Source of the DNA: Bdellovibrionales bacterium
Lineage (GTDB): Bacteria > Bdellovibrionota > Bdellovibrionia > Bdellovibrionales > Bdellovibrionaceae
Assembly (NCBI GenBank): GCA_031370005.1
Contig: JANMPT010000097.1
Location: forward strand, 83,925-147,924
Length of the DNA: 64,000 nucleotides
Direction: 5' to 3'
This document shows positions 18,060 through 28,281 of this stretch, one piece after another. The notes under the pieces are model-generated. The model did not search any database, was not told where the DNA came from, and saw only the letters and a list, made by a program, of their open reading frames with translations. Both the position numbers and the translations under genes were made by a program. Numbering within the stretch: position 1 is the first letter of the stretch; each line of letters begins with the position of its first letter.

Positions 18060-21000
18060 ACTCGGCTTCGCGGGCAGACTCGCTCAAACCTTCGTTCATT
18101 CAAAATTGACCCCAGTAATTGCAATATCAAGTTTACTTCTAGGTTTGATGGCGGTGTATTTCACACCAAAAGAGGAAGAACCACAAATTTCTGTCCCAAT
18201 GATTGATATTAGAACAGCAGCTCCAGGCTTTACATCCGAAGAGGTCGAAAGAAAGGTAACAGAACCAATTGAGCGTGCTGTCTGGGGGCTTGACGGAGTT
18301 GAGTACGTCTATTCTAGCAGTCAACCCCATGGCAGTCTTGTCACCGTTCGCTTTAAAGTTGGCGAACCGATGGAGCCAAGCTTAGTTAAAATTCATCACA
18401 AGCTTATGACCATTCAGCACGAGTTGCCTGAAAGTGTTCTTCCACCACAGGTAAAATCATTTTCTATTGATGATGTGCCATTTTTAGTTCTCACTTTTAC
18501 ATCAAAAAAATTAAGCGAATTCGAGCTCAGAAGCTCAGTAGCTCCACTTGCACGGGAGCTTTCAAGTACGCCTGATTTGTCCAGCGTTGAAATTCTTGGT
18601 GGACAAAAGCGAGCGATTCGGGTTATTGCCAACCCTCTAAAAATGCAAGCATATGGCGTTTCATTGCTAGCGCTCATACAATCACTGAAAGCAAACAATG
18701 CGCTTTCTCATTCTGGAAAAAACTGGGGTGAAAAAGAGGTCTTTGATGTCGAAGTTGGCGGACGTTTGCATTCAGCTCTAGAGGTTGGAAATATCGCCAT
18801 TGGTCAAAGAGCCGGGCGAGTTGTATTCATAAAAGATGTAGCTCAGGTTCTAGATGGACCAGAGGAAGTCATTCGGAGCTCAGTTCTATTAGAAAAAAAC
18901 CAAGCACCTGAAAAAGCTGTTTCAATAGTTTTTACAAAAAGAAAAGGCACAAATGTTGTGACCCTTTCTCAGGAAATTCTACAAAGAGCAGAAATATTTA
19001 TTAAAAAACATGCTCCAGAAACTGCCGGTGCTGATCTTAAAATGACAATTGCCCGCGACTACGGAACAACAGCTGCGGATAAATCGAATGAACTGATCGA
19101 ACATTTATTACTTGCAACTTTATCAGTTACAATTTTAATTGCCTTATTTATGGGAATCCGAGCCTCGCTTGTCGTAGCGATAGCCATTCCTGTCACACTG
19201 GCTCTAACCCTGGCTGTATATTATTTCATGGGCTATACTCTTAACCGCGTCACTCTCTTTGCACTTATTTTTTCTATCGGCATCCTTGTTGATGATGCCA
19301 TTGTGGTGGTTGAGAATATTGAGCGTCATCTAAAAGAAAATTCCAAAGATGGAATAGTTAAAGCCACAATAAAAGCCGTGAATGAAGTGGGCAACCCAAC
19401 AATTCTTGCAACATTTACTGTTATCGCAGCGATCCTGCCAATGGCATTCGTTCGAGGCTTAATGGGACCTTATATGAAGCCAATTCCTGTGGGGGCAAGC
19501 TTTGCAATGATGCTATCCCTATTGGTTGCGTTTGTTGTTACGCCCTGGGCGGCAGTGAAACTGCTCAAAGCCCACCATTCTGTTGATTCAAGCTCAGCCA
19601 ATAAGATAAGTCGTCTTGATCAAATTTATCAAAATGTCATGGAAGTATTATTGGGTTCAAAAAAACCTGCACTCCTTTTTGGTGCATTTACTATTTTTCT
19701 TCTTTTGGCGGCAAGCAGCTTGATCTATTTCAAATCCGTAAAAGTAAAAATGCTTCCCTTTGACAACAAGCAAGAGTTTCAGGTCCTCATTGACTATCCG
19801 GTAACGACTCCCCTTTTAGTTGGTAAAAACTGGTCAACTGAACTTGCAAGCGAAATTCTCAAAAATCCAGAGGTCAAATCTGTTCAGGTATTTGCTGGAG
19901 AAGCTGCACCTTATTCATTTTCAGGTATGGTTAAACATACGTTTTTAAGAAATGTCGATTATCAAAACGACCTTCAAATTGTATTAACAGAAAAAGGACA
20001 ACGTAAAATTTCGAGTCACCAAATTATTGAAAGTTTACGCCCCCTCATCAAAGACTTCGGTCTTAAGAAGAGGGCTGTAATAAAGGTTTTAGAAATTCCT
20101 CCAGGACCACCTGTATTGGCAACTATGATGGCAGAAATTTATGGACCTGATGCTGAAACCCGAGAAAAAGTAACCAAGGAGATTGAATCGATCTTTGCCA
20201 AAGAGCCCAGCGTTGTTGATCTCGATACCACATTAAGAACAGGAAGACCACGTCAAGTCTATGAGTACGATCAAATTCAGGGTGGACTTCTCGGTACCAA
20301 ATCAAGTGAACTCATGGCCCTAGGAAGATTGGTATTTTCCGAAACCCCGATCACAACTCTAGCCAATGTAAAATCGCCGGAGGATGTCAGTATAGATTTG
20401 TCACTTTCCCAATCTGCTAGATCAACAAATAAACCTTTTGCAAATTTGCGAGTCCCTTCATTTGAAACTGGAACAGTCGAAGCAGATAAGGTCTTAAAGA
20501 CAGCCCACGAAGAACCCAACTCAGTATTGTATCGTAAAAATCTAAAACCAGTTTCCTATGTAATGAGTGAGTTATCAGGCAGTGAAGAAGCACCTGTCTA
20601 TGGAATTCTAAAACTTGCTCCCCAAATTAAATATCCATTACAAACAGCGGATGTTCCATGGAATACCCTTGCCCCCGTCGTTAAATGGGATGGTGAGTGG
20701 TTTATTACATATGAAGTCTTTAGAGATCTTGGCGCTGCCTTTGCTGTGGTTATGGTCTTAATTTATATTCTTGTGTTAGGCTGGTTTAAGAGTTTCACAG
20801 TTCCACTAGTTATTATGGCCCCTATCCCTATTAGTTTAATTGGAATTTTACCTGGACATGCTATTATGGGCTCATATTTCACGGCGACTTCTATGATTGG
20901 ATTTATAGCGGGGGCAGGAATCATCGTTAGAAACTCAATCATTCTTGTAGACTTTATTGAGCACCAGCTAGCTCAAGAAATGAGTTTAAAAGCAGCTGTG

Positions 21001-21240
21001 ATAAGCGCTGGAGTTCTTAGGTTTCGTCCTATGCTATTGACTGCAGCGGCGGTTGTTGTCGGCAGCTCAGTGATGCTAGCGGATCCAATTTTCCAAGGAC
21101 TCGCAATCAGCCTTATTTTTGGAGAAATCGCAGCTACTATTTTAAGCAGATTTGCTGTTCCAATTTTGTACTATTGGTTTGTAGGAAAAAGTCGAGTGAG
21201 TGCCATTCGTTCTGATATTAATTCACAAGGAGGATTCTAA
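18046..21240 (+). CDS. RND efflux transporter (AcrB/CzcA superfamily)
   Basis: EEEPQI, GILVDDAIVVVENI, RFRPMLLT motifs; 12-TM pattern. Confidence 0.93.
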   Translation: MKSTKLGFAGRLAQTFVHSKLTPVIAISSLLLGLMAVYFTPKEEEPQISVPMIDIRTAAPGFTSEEVERKVTEPIERAVWGLDGVEYVYSSSQPHGSLVTVRFKVGEPMEPSLVKIHHKLMTIQHELPESVLPPQVKSFSIDDVPFLVLTFTSKKLSEFELRSSVAPLARELSSTPDLSSVEILGGQKRAIRVIANPLKMQAYGVSLLALIQSLKANNALSHSGKNWGEKEVFDVEVGGRLHSALEVGNIAIGQRAGRVVFIKDVAQVLDGPEEVIRSSVLLEKNQAPEKAVSIVFTKRKGTNVVTLSQEILQRAEIFIKKHAPETAGADLKMTIARDYGTTAADKSNELIEHLLLATLSVTILIALFMGIRASLVVAIAIPVTLALTLAVYYFMGYTLNRVTLFALIFSIGILVDDAIVVVENIERHLKENSKDGIVKATIKAVNEVGNPTILATFTVIAAILPMAFVRGLMGPYMKPIPVGASFAMMLSLLVAFVVTPWAAVKLLKAHHSVDSSSANKISRLDQIYQNVMEVLLGSKKPALLFGAFTIFLLLAASSLIYFKSVKVKMLPFDNKQEFQVLIDYPVTTPLLVGKNWSTELASEILKNPEVKSVQVFAGEAAPYSFSGMVKHTFLRNVDYQNDLQIVLTEKGQRKISSHQIIESLRPLIKDFGLKKRAVIKVLEIPPGPPVLATMMAEIYGPDAETREKVTKEIESIFAKEPSVVDLDTTLRTGRPRQVYEYDQIQGGLLGTKSSELMALGRLVFSETPITTLANVKSPEDVSIDLSLSQSARSTNKPFANLRVPSFETGTVEADKVLKTAHEEPNSVLYRKNLKPVSYVMSELSGSEEAPVYGILKLAPQIKYPLQTADVPWNTLAPVVKWDGEWFITYEVFRDLGAAFAVVMVLIYILVLGWFKSFTVPLVIMAPIPISLIGILPGHAIMGSYFTATSMIGFIAGAGIIVRNSIILVDFIEHQLAQEMSLKAAVISAGVLRFRPMLLTAAAVVVGSSVMLADPIFQGLAISLIFGEIAATILSRFAVPILYYWFVGKSRVSAIRSDINSQGGF

Positions 21241-21422
21241 TGACAATTGAAAATAAAATTCGCGCTTTTGCAGGCTCTTTTATTCTTTTAAGTCTTGTCT
21301 TGGCTCATTTTTACTCACCCCAATGGCTTTGGCTTACAGCTTTTGTCGGTGCAAATCTGCTACAATCAAGTTTTACAAGATTTTGCCCACTAGAAATCAT
21401 TCTTCGCAAATTCAAAGCATAA
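21240..21422 (+). CDS. YgaP-like / DUF2892 membrane protein
   Basis: WLWLTAFVGANLLQSSFTRFCP signature. Confidence 0.88.
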   Translation: MTIENKIRAFAGSFILLSLVLAHFYSPQWLWLTAFVGANLLQSSFTRFCPLEIILRKFKA

Positions 21423-21446
21423 ACATGTTGCATTTAATTGGAGCTA

Positions 21447-22451
21447 CTAAATATGACCTTTAAATTTCTTTTGAATGTGATTGAGATGCATTACTTTTTT
21501 AAGAGCTAAAAATGCAGGTTTGTTAAAAGGCTGTCCCATTGTATTTTCAATACAACTAATGGCTTGGTCAGGCGTTCTCTTATCACCCATTTTGTCGGGT
21601 TCATAAATAAGATCCACAAAGCAATCTGCTACGGCTACGATACGAGCAAGAGGATTTATTTTGATATCGCGAATACGTCGAGGGTAACCAAGACCTAAAG
21701 CATTTTCATGATGTTCAAGCACAATAGATAAAACATCTGAGGGAATTTCTTTAATATCACGAAGGATCTCTACGCCCCGCAAAGTATGGGACTCATAGTA
21801 ATTAACTTCAGCCTCAGTCCTATGCAAGCGAGGTTTATTCAGAATCTCCAAAGGAATCTCTTTGAGCCCAATATCATGAACAAAGGCCCCCATAACAACC
21901 TTTGCCAAAGTACTCTTCATGGTTATATCCATCTGTTCACAGATCAAAAGAGACACCACTGAAGTTGCTAGGGAATGGCTTACAAGGTCACCGGGCAACT
22001 TACTAAAGATATCTAAAAACTTATCAACATCCTTTATCTGAGTAACTGTCTCTTGAACAAAACCCACAATCTGCTTGCATCGGTCAAAGGACCCAACGTG
22101 AAGGTCTTTTTTATGAAGCTCAGAAATCGTCGACTCAGCAACACCTTTTAAAAGCTTCATTTTTAAAGTGTCACTAACACCTTCATTCTTGAGAGTTTTT
22201 TCAATGAGATTTAAATTATAACTAACTAGATTTGAATAATCCACATCACGAACAAAAAGGGCTGCTTGCTTATCTTGCTGCATAAGATGAAGACTTGAAA
22301 GGTTGCCCGTATCGCCTTTTTTACCAACTAAAATGAACTGACCAGATGCAAGACGGGTAAAGACTTCAGCAGGTAATGGAATTCCGTCAGTAAATAGCTC
22401 TTTACTAACTTGGACCATTTTCCTTTCATCAATTGACTCTGCCTGACTCAT
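21447..22451 (-). CDS. HD-GYP domain protein
   Basis: HS...HDIG, HHE...GYP and RIVAVAD motifs; start ATG 22451 or GTG 22457. Confidence 0.88.
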   Translation of the reverse strand: MSQAESIDERKMVQVSKELFTDGIPLPAEVFTRLASGQFILVGKKGDTGNLSSLHLMQQDKQAALFVRDVDYSNLVSYNLNLIEKTLKNEGVSDTLKMKLLKGVAESTISELHKKDLHVGSFDRCKQIVGFVQETVTQIKDVDKFLDIFSKLPGDLVSHSLATSVVSLLICEQMDITMKSTLAKVVMGAFVHDIGLKEIPLEILNKPRLHRTEAEVNYYESHTLRGVEILRDIKEIPSDVLSIVLEHHENALGLGYPRRIRDIKINPLARIVAVADCFVDLIYEPDKMGDKRTPDQAISCIENTMGQPFNKPAFLALKKVMHLNHIQKKFKGHI

Positions 22452-22457
22452 ATCCAC

Positions 22458-22485
22458 TTATCGGTCACTTATGAGATTTGCTTCA
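22458..22485 (-). promoter_or_regulatory. Putative sigma28-type promoter of the HD-GYP gene
   Basis: TGAAG-N15-ACCGATAA on the - strand, 6 nt before ATG 22451. Confidence 0.55.
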
Positions 22486-22517
22486 TATTATTTTATGAAC
22501 AGGAATCTCAAAGTGCT

Positions 22518-22534
22518 AATCTCAAAATGAGATT
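22518..22534. promoter_or_regulatory. Perfect palindrome AATCTCA-AAA-TGAGATT
   Basis: 7-3-7 inverted repeat between the vWA and HD-GYP genes. Confidence 0.5.
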
Positions 22535-22556
22535 TTTATACTCTTATAGATTAGGA

Positions 22557-23588
22557 CTAATCGACTTTGGCCGCATTGTAAAATACCTTAATGCGACTTC
22601 CAGAGGGCTGAGAACTCCAATCGATTTTATCTCCAAGTAAAATGGCATTCTTTTTTGGATCAAAGGACCAACCACTATGGTAGTCCTCCGGAAGATTAAT
22701 ACTTCCGTAGCTTACGCGAATACTGTTAAAATCAGGAGCTCGTGAAAGATAGATAATATTACCTACCTTATCCACAATATCTTTGGCCATACTTGCCAAA
22801 CGAGTCCCATAATCTGGATCACAAATATTCATTATATTATTTTTATTATTTGAAACCATGGATAAAAAACTCTCAATACGTTTTGGTGTCGTACCATCTT
22901 CATCGCGCTGACATCTCATAGTGTCGATGGTAGGAACGATCACACCATAGGCAAGAATTTTAGCTGCATCATTTAGTTTTAAATTTAATAAAAACTTATA
23001 AAGCTCAGTAGCATTCACACGAACGCTTTGATCCTCTGCATCTGTAAGAAAAATAATCACCAAAGAAGCATCCGGGCGTAGGAAACCTGTATTCCAGCCA
23101 TTAAGTAGTGGAGCTGAAAGCGCTGCCATCACTGGAGCAAAGCTAGCTTCCGTTGCAGAACCGTTTGTTCCAACAAGAAAATTATTTGCAAGAATTTGAT
23201 CAGCTCCTGGAGTGTTTTTATTTACCACCCGAGAGCTTCCAATTAATTGACCACAACAAGGCAGAGAGTTACCCCATGAATTGCCATCCATATCTGTGGT
23301 AACGATTCCGATATTGTAATCAAGGACTGAAGATTTTGTAAAAGTTGAAGTGAACTTTGCAACATTTGTCGCCAAATTCCGTTGATGATTTGACATACTT
23401 CCAGAGTTATCAACAACAAACAATATATCCACTTTTGGATCAAAGACTTCTGTATTATCTTGAATTACCTTTTCATCTGGAAGAACTGATTTAATATAAG
23501 CTTTAGGATTTTCTGGAGAGCAGGAAGCAACTCCAAGAGCTAATAAGCCAAAAACTAAGACATTTTTATAATTCACGACAACCCCCAT
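22557..23588 (-). CDS. vWA-domain lipoprotein (CglB-like adhesin)
   Basis: Lipobox VASC; MIDAS VDILFVVDNSGSM; FLRPDASLVIIFLTDAED; last gene of the Agl/Glt cluster. Confidence 0.8.
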   Translation of the reverse strand: MGVVVNYKNVLVFGLLALGVASCSPENPKAYIKSVLPDEKVIQDNTEVFDPKVDILFVVDNSGSMSNHQRNLATNVAKFTSTFTKSSVLDYNIGIVTTDMDGNSWGNSLPCCGQLIGSSRVVNKNTPGADQILANNFLVGTNGSATEASFAPVMAALSAPLLNGWNTGFLRPDASLVIIFLTDAEDQSVRVNATELYKFLLNLKLNDAAKILAYGVIVPTIDTMRCQRDEDGTTPKRIESFLSMVSNNKNNIMNICDPDYGTRLASMAKDIVDKVGNIIYLSRAPDFNSIRVSYGSINLPEDYHSGWSFDPKKNAILLGDKIDWSSQPSGSRIKVFYNAAKVD

Positions 23589-23594
23589 CGATGA

Positions 23595-25208
23595 CTATCT
23601 TTTAACCGTGCAAGCTTTTTTAACATCAACACGATAGTTACTGAGCTCATCAAACCAAACCTCATCTTCAGCAGGAAACTTCATAATATCGGCGGTGCCC
23701 TTATAGCCTGTAACACCTTTTTTCTCGTCATTCCCCTTCGCATTCTTAGCTATTTTATCCGCTAAAGAAACTTGCTGAATAACTTCGGCCTCAACTATCT
23801 GCAGTTTGCGAAGAATCTCTTTGGTTTCAAAGACCTCTTCTTTTGCCAACTCTTTTACTCGTGAATATGCTGCTGCTTTAGCCATCTGGGAACGTTGAAG
23901 AGTATTTTGCTTCAACTTTTCAAAGCTTCCTTGAAGACCCGTCAACGCCAAAGACTTTGCGTAGAGAACTTCAGCTACTTGTGCTTCATCCTCAAGATGT
24001 TTCTGAGCTTGCGCGAATTGATATAGTCTATCGTCATGAGCAAATCTACGTGGAAGGCCCTGACCAGACCTTCCAAGATCTTGAACTTGAATCTTCTTTA
24101 CTTTTAAAAGTGCAATACCTTTATCAACGTCTTGAGTCGCAGGTGTTGAAGAAATAGCTTCAAGATTTTTAGTCCTATCTTTAAAGCGCTTTGGGAAAAT
24201 TCGGAGGGTATCAATAACTCCAGTGTAGTCACAAACTTTCAACTGAGAAAGTGACCTTACAAAAAAGGCCTCGGGACTAACTTGAAAATTTAAACTTGAA
24301 GATACTAAAGACTGACTAACTGCCATCGCATTGTTTGGCTCACCCTTACGGATATAGGCCCAGCCCATTTCTTCTTGTGCTTCAGTCCAATAATCTGAGC
24401 CCTTAGAGACTTTTTCATAGTACTTTACAGCAGCATCAAAATAGCCATTTTGAAAAAGCAACCTAGCCGCCGTGATCTGCATCAGGTCTTTGCTAACAGG
24501 GGAAAAGGAAGATTTCATCAAAGTTGCTAAAAGTTTTGCAGCACGATCTGCTTGATCATTTAAAGAGTAGGCAATTACCAACTGCCAGTCGATCAGATTT
24601 TTTTCTTTGCTATTTGCTAAAGCCGAGGACGACAATTTTTGCAATTGATCAATGTTTTTTGGAGAAGCCAAAGCCTCTGCAGTTTTAATATTAATTTCAA
24701 GGGTATCACCAAAAACAATTTCCCAAGCCTTATGCCATTCAACTTGCGCAAGACTCCATACAAAGTGATTTGGAGGAGCTATTTTCTGCCACTCTTCACG
24801 AAGGACTTGGTTAATTTCTTTTGGATTTGATGCCATAAACAGAGTCTGAACTCCAGACACTGGAAGTCCGGCTTGGAACTGAACGTAGCCAAATAAAGCT
24901 CTACCATTCGGCGACTTTTGGAAGGCCGTACCTTCAAATGCATTTGGGAACTGTAAAGTTGCTTTTTCCCAATCTGCTGCCTCCATATACCTTAAGAAAA
25001 TGTTTTTCTCAGTGTTCGGCGTCCCCATGAGCCTTTTCATTGCCTGCGCTAAAGGAGTTGTTTTCTCTGCATTAGCTGAAATTTTAGGGGCTTTTGTTGC
25101 CTTTGATCCCTCATCTAAGATGCTCTCTAGATCTCCAGCCCTAGCTATAGAAATCAAAGGCAATGAAAGGCATATAAATACAAGCTGTTTCATTTTCATA
25201 GAAGCCAT
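23595..25208 (-). CDS. Periplasmic TPR protein (GltC-like)
   Basis: Signal peptide; TPR segment ARLLFQNGYFDAAVKYYEKV...EMGWAY; C-terminal FPAEDEVWFDELSNYRV..C. Confidence 0.7.
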   Translation of the reverse strand: MASMKMKQLVFICLSLPLISIARAGDLESILDEGSKATKAPKISANAEKTTPLAQAMKRLMGTPNTEKNIFLRYMEAADWEKATLQFPNAFEGTAFQKSPNGRALFGYVQFQAGLPVSGVQTLFMASNPKEINQVLREEWQKIAPPNHFVWSLAQVEWHKAWEIVFGDTLEINIKTAEALASPKNIDQLQKLSSSALANSKEKNLIDWQLVIAYSLNDQADRAAKLLATLMKSSFSPVSKDLMQITAARLLFQNGYFDAAVKYYEKVSKGSDYWTEAQEEMGWAYIRKGEPNNAMAVSQSLVSSSLNFQVSPEAFFVRSLSQLKVCDYTGVIDTLRIFPKRFKDRTKNLEAISSTPATQDVDKGIALLKVKKIQVQDLGRSGQGLPRRFAHDDRLYQFAQAQKHLEDEAQVAEVLYAKSLALTGLQGSFEKLKQNTLQRSQMAKAAAYSRVKELAKEEVFETKEILRKLQIVEAEVIQQVSLADKIAKNAKGNDEKKGVTGYKGTADIMKFPAEDEVWFDELSNYRVDVKKACTVKR

Positions 25209-25930
25209 CCAATTTGCATTGAGGCCACAGCCAGATCCATGTTTTTTTCAACCTCAAAGTATTTTGCAGTGTAGTTTTGATAACGCATTTCTATTCTAGT
25301 TGAAAAATGCTGATTAATCCAAAAGCCAAGTCCGCCTCCTGCCGTATAAGTCGGAGTATCTCCAGAAGACAGTACCATTTGTCCATAGCCGCCCAAAAAA
25401 TAAAAATCAAAGTGAGCAATGCTTTTGTCAAACAAGTTCATTTTCCCGTAAATTGGAGAGTAATTGAACAAGGCCATTGTCTCAGATTTTTGATAATCCA
25501 GCTGTGGATAGCCAATCGTTGGATTTGCTGGGTTTTTTTGATATTGCTCGTAAGCTTGATTTGCCAGAGCCTCACCCTCAGGAGTCATTGAATTAAAAGA
25601 ATAGTTGTACTTAGCACCAATGGCCCAGTGTGGATTAAAATGATAAAAAGCATTGATACCAATACTTTTAGTCCGAGTGTAGGTATCCCCACCAAATGTC
25701 CCTGAAAACTCCGGAGCAATTTCAATACGCTTTTCTAGAGAAACTGTTCTGTTTTGCACTATGCTTACGCTTTTTTCAGGTTGCAGAGCTTTTGCCTTAT
25801 CTAAAAATATTTTATTACCACCAAGAGAATCAAACTCAGCATCGGTGCTATCTGTTTTTTGAATTTCTTGATTTGCCGCCATTGCAGAAATAGCAAACAT
25901 AAGTATTAAAGCTGAAATAATTTGTTTCAT
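25196..25930 (-). CDS. Outer-membrane beta-barrel protein (GltA/GltB-like)
   Basis: Signal peptide, IVQNR, PIYGKMNLF, amphipathic beta strands; cluster context. Confidence 0.75.
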   Translation of the reverse strand: MKQIISALILMFAISAMAANQEIQKTDSTDAEFDSLGGNKIFLDKAKALQPEKSVSIVQNRTVSLEKRIEIAPEFSGTFGGDTYTRTKSIGINAFYHFNPHWAIGAKYNYSFNSMTPEGEALANQAYEQYQKNPANPTIGYPQLDYQKSETMALFNYSPIYGKMNLFDKSIAHFDFYFLGGYGQMVLSSGDTPTYTAGGGLGFWINQHFSTRIEMRYQNYTAKYFEVEKNMDLAVASMQIGWLL

Positions 25931-27144
25931 TATTTATCTCCTTGAAGAACCAAAGGGCTTACTGGAGGAGCAGTGATCACTCTCATTTTTAAATCGAAAT
26001 TAACATTTTTGATAAAAGTATCTTGTGAATCTTGATTTTTTGCAGAAACCAGAACTTTCGCAGTATAATCACCAGCTGATACAGTGAAATCTGGAGTCCA
26101 AGTAAAAGTACAGTACTGACGAGTCACACCCAAGCTATTACATGTAATCGTTGCTCCATTAGGCAGGCCCGAAAAACTTGGACTTGAAATGAAAAGTTCT
26201 TCTTTAGGATCAAAAAGCAAAAATTGGAATTCTTTTTTAATTCCAATGGGAACTTCGATTGTATCAAGCCAAGTTGTTTGAATATCCGCAAAAGAAGTTA
26301 GAACATTTACAAAAACATCCTGACCTGCACTGACTTGTTGGAAGCGAGAGACTGCTTTTAATTTAAAGCCAAAACGATCGCGAGACTTCGTTAACTCCGC
26401 ACCCGAAAGATCCACGGTTATAGTGATTACAAACTCGTTATTGCCTGTTGCCAATACCTGAGTGATGGTTACAAATTGGGAAAGGTTTGCATAGCCAGTA
26501 ATTGGAAAAATCTGAAGGTTAGGAAACGTTTTTACATCATTTGCGGCGTCCCTATCGCGCACTTTTACTGTGAAAGTTGTTGTCTCGCCCTCACGGAGGT
26601 TAGCAGAATTTCTAGAGACCGAAAAAATCTCAGGAACATTCAAAACCTTTCCTACGCTAGCTTTAATCGTGCGATGACCTACAATTACTTTAGAATTAGG
26701 TTTATTTCCAGTTACCAAAACTTTGATATCTTTTTTCTCTTCAAAGCCATTGTTGCCGCTCACAGTTCCAAGGGGCGGAGTCCATGTGAATTTTGCTGTT
26801 AGCAAACGATTTATTTGGTCATAACTAACCACCGTAAAATTTGCACCAGGAAAGTCACTGATGTTCTCTACAGACATTGTCGGCACATAGTCGTTTACTA
26901 AAATACGAGCAGTGATAGAAACCTCTCCAATCGTTCCTTCGCGAAAAGAATAGAGGTCTACTGCATCAACAATCACGCTATTGCTATCAATAGGCTTTGG
27001 GGCTTCTGGTATTGTTGGTTTTTCCTGGCCTGCTTTCAAAACAGAATTTTTATCTGCCAATGGATCTTGATTCCATTGGGAAGCACATCCACTAAGAGCC
27101 CCAATTACTAAAATTGCACTTAAAAAATATATAATGTTTTTCAT
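25930..27144 (-). CDS. Lipoprotein with tandem Ig/cadherin-like beta-sandwich repeats
   Basis: Lipobox LSGC; repeated FPGANF...FTWTP and LPNGAT...FTWTP units. Confidence 0.65.
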   Translation of the reverse strand: MKNIIYFLSAILVIGALSGCASQWNQDPLADKNSVLKAGQEKPTIPEAPKPIDSNSVIVDAVDLYSFREGTIGEVSITARILVNDYVPTMSVENISDFPGANFTVVSYDQINRLLTAKFTWTPPLGTVSGNNGFEEKKDIKVLVTGNKPNSKVIVGHRTIKASVGKVLNVPEIFSVSRNSANLREGETTTFTVKVRDRDAANDVKTFPNLQIFPITGYANLSQFVTITQVLATGNNEFVITITVDLSGAELTKSRDRFGFKLKAVSRFQQVSAGQDVFVNVLTSFADIQTTWLDTIEVPIGIKKEFQFLLFDPKEELFISSPSFSGLPNGATITCNSLGVTRQYCTFTWTPDFTVSAGDYTAKVLVSAKNQDSQDTFIKNVNFDLKMRVITAPPVSPLVLQGDK

Positions 27145-27145
27145 A

Positions 27146-28279
27146 TTACCCCTGACCTGCCCTTCTTAATACAAATGGATACGATACTTTTACATCCACT
27201 CCACCTTGCGGAAGAGGAAACTGCCAAGTCTTAAGTCTCATTACAATACAGTCTTCAATTGCTTTTGAATTCATAGTTGAATTATCAACGTTGGCTACTT
27301 TAACAGCACCATTGCCGCCAATGACAAAAGCAACGGCAACTCGACCATTCAAGTTTGGATCACTTTGCAGTCCCTGTTCATAGCAGAAACGCACCTGACC
27401 TAAATTTTTATTAATAACAGCTGCAATTTGATCACGATCCAAACCTGAGGCCACACTTGCCTCTTGAGATAGAGCCATAGAACTAGTGCCCGCGGAGCCA
27501 ATCAAGCTTAGCTTACCGTAACCAGCATGACCACCACCTTTGCCCTTTGTTCCGTAGCCGCCAGCGCCTTGAATATGACCACCAACACCAACTGGAGCCG
27601 CGACAACACCTTTAGCATAGAGTGATGTTTGAACACCACCACTACCTTGTGTTCCACCAAGACCAGGTCCCGCACTTGTATTGACGGCACCGAGATCTAC
27701 ACCACCTTTTTGCTTACCTTTTGAAAGACTACCAAGCACAGCCAAAGCACCCATACGTTTTAAGGTCGTGGTCGTTTTGGCAACAGTTTTAGCTGGAGTG
27801 ATCTCTTGTTTTTGCTCAGTCACAGTTTTTAATTCCACTTTTGGTTTTGGTGGAATATTTTTAATGATTTTCACGACCTCTTGTCTGAGGTTTTGCTCCA
27901 TTTTATCTGTCATTGTAGGAAGAGTGCGAATATAGGTCATGAAAAGAGTCGCCAGGACTAGCATACTAAAAAGAATCAGATACCAGCGGCGTTCACTTTC
28001 ATTCTCGCGAGTTTTATCTCTCAAAGTTTCGCCAACTTCTTCGACCAATTTCAAATGTCCAAGTTTACCAACCAAGAAAGGCGTATTTTCTAAACCTTGC
28101 TTACTAACTTGACCTAACAACTCGAAAGGAATCTTCTTTTTAGAAAGATGATCCGTATTTTCAACTACCTCAAGACGATGGGTGTCTCCGCGACGAATAA
28201 CTTCCCCTGTCATTCCGCTCCAGTTGAACGCTCTCAGAACCGTTCCGTTATAATCCTCTAAAACTAGTCGCTTATCCAT
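27146..28279 (-). CDS. TonB-like protein with AgmX/PglI C-terminal domain (GltG-like)
   Basis: One TM helix, Gly-rich linker, VRFCYEQGL...LNGRVAVAFVIG...WQFPLPQGGVDVKVSYPF. Confidence 0.82.
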   Translation of the reverse strand: MDKRLVLEDYNGTVLRAFNWSGMTGEVIRRGDTHRLEVVENTDHLSKKKIPFELLGQVSKQGLENTPFLVGKLGHLKLVEEVGETLRDKTRENESERRWYLILFSMLVLATLFMTYIRTLPTMTDKMEQNLRQEVVKIIKNIPPKPKVELKTVTEQKQEITPAKTVAKTTTTLKRMGALAVLGSLSKGKQKGGVDLGAVNTSAGPGLGGTQGSGGVQTSLYAKGVVAAPVGVGGHIQGAGGYGTKGKGGGHAGYGKLSLIGSAGTSSMALSQEASVASGLDRDQIAAVINKNLGQVRFCYEQGLQSDPNLNGRVAVAFVIGGNGAVKVANVDNSTMNSKAIEDCIVMRLKTWQFPLPQGGVDVKVSYPFVLRRAGQG

Positions 28280-28281
28280 TT

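Noticed and set aside
14937..21446. Integrative element inserted at tRNA-Gly
   Set aside because: No integrase, and I found no duplicated tRNA 3' end (TTCCCGCTCCA) at the far boundary; only the adjacency is suggestive
27500..27730. Gly-rich low-complexity stretch as a DNA repeat
   Set aside because: Normal Gly-rich linker of GltG/TonB-like proteins; no exact nucleotide repeat unit
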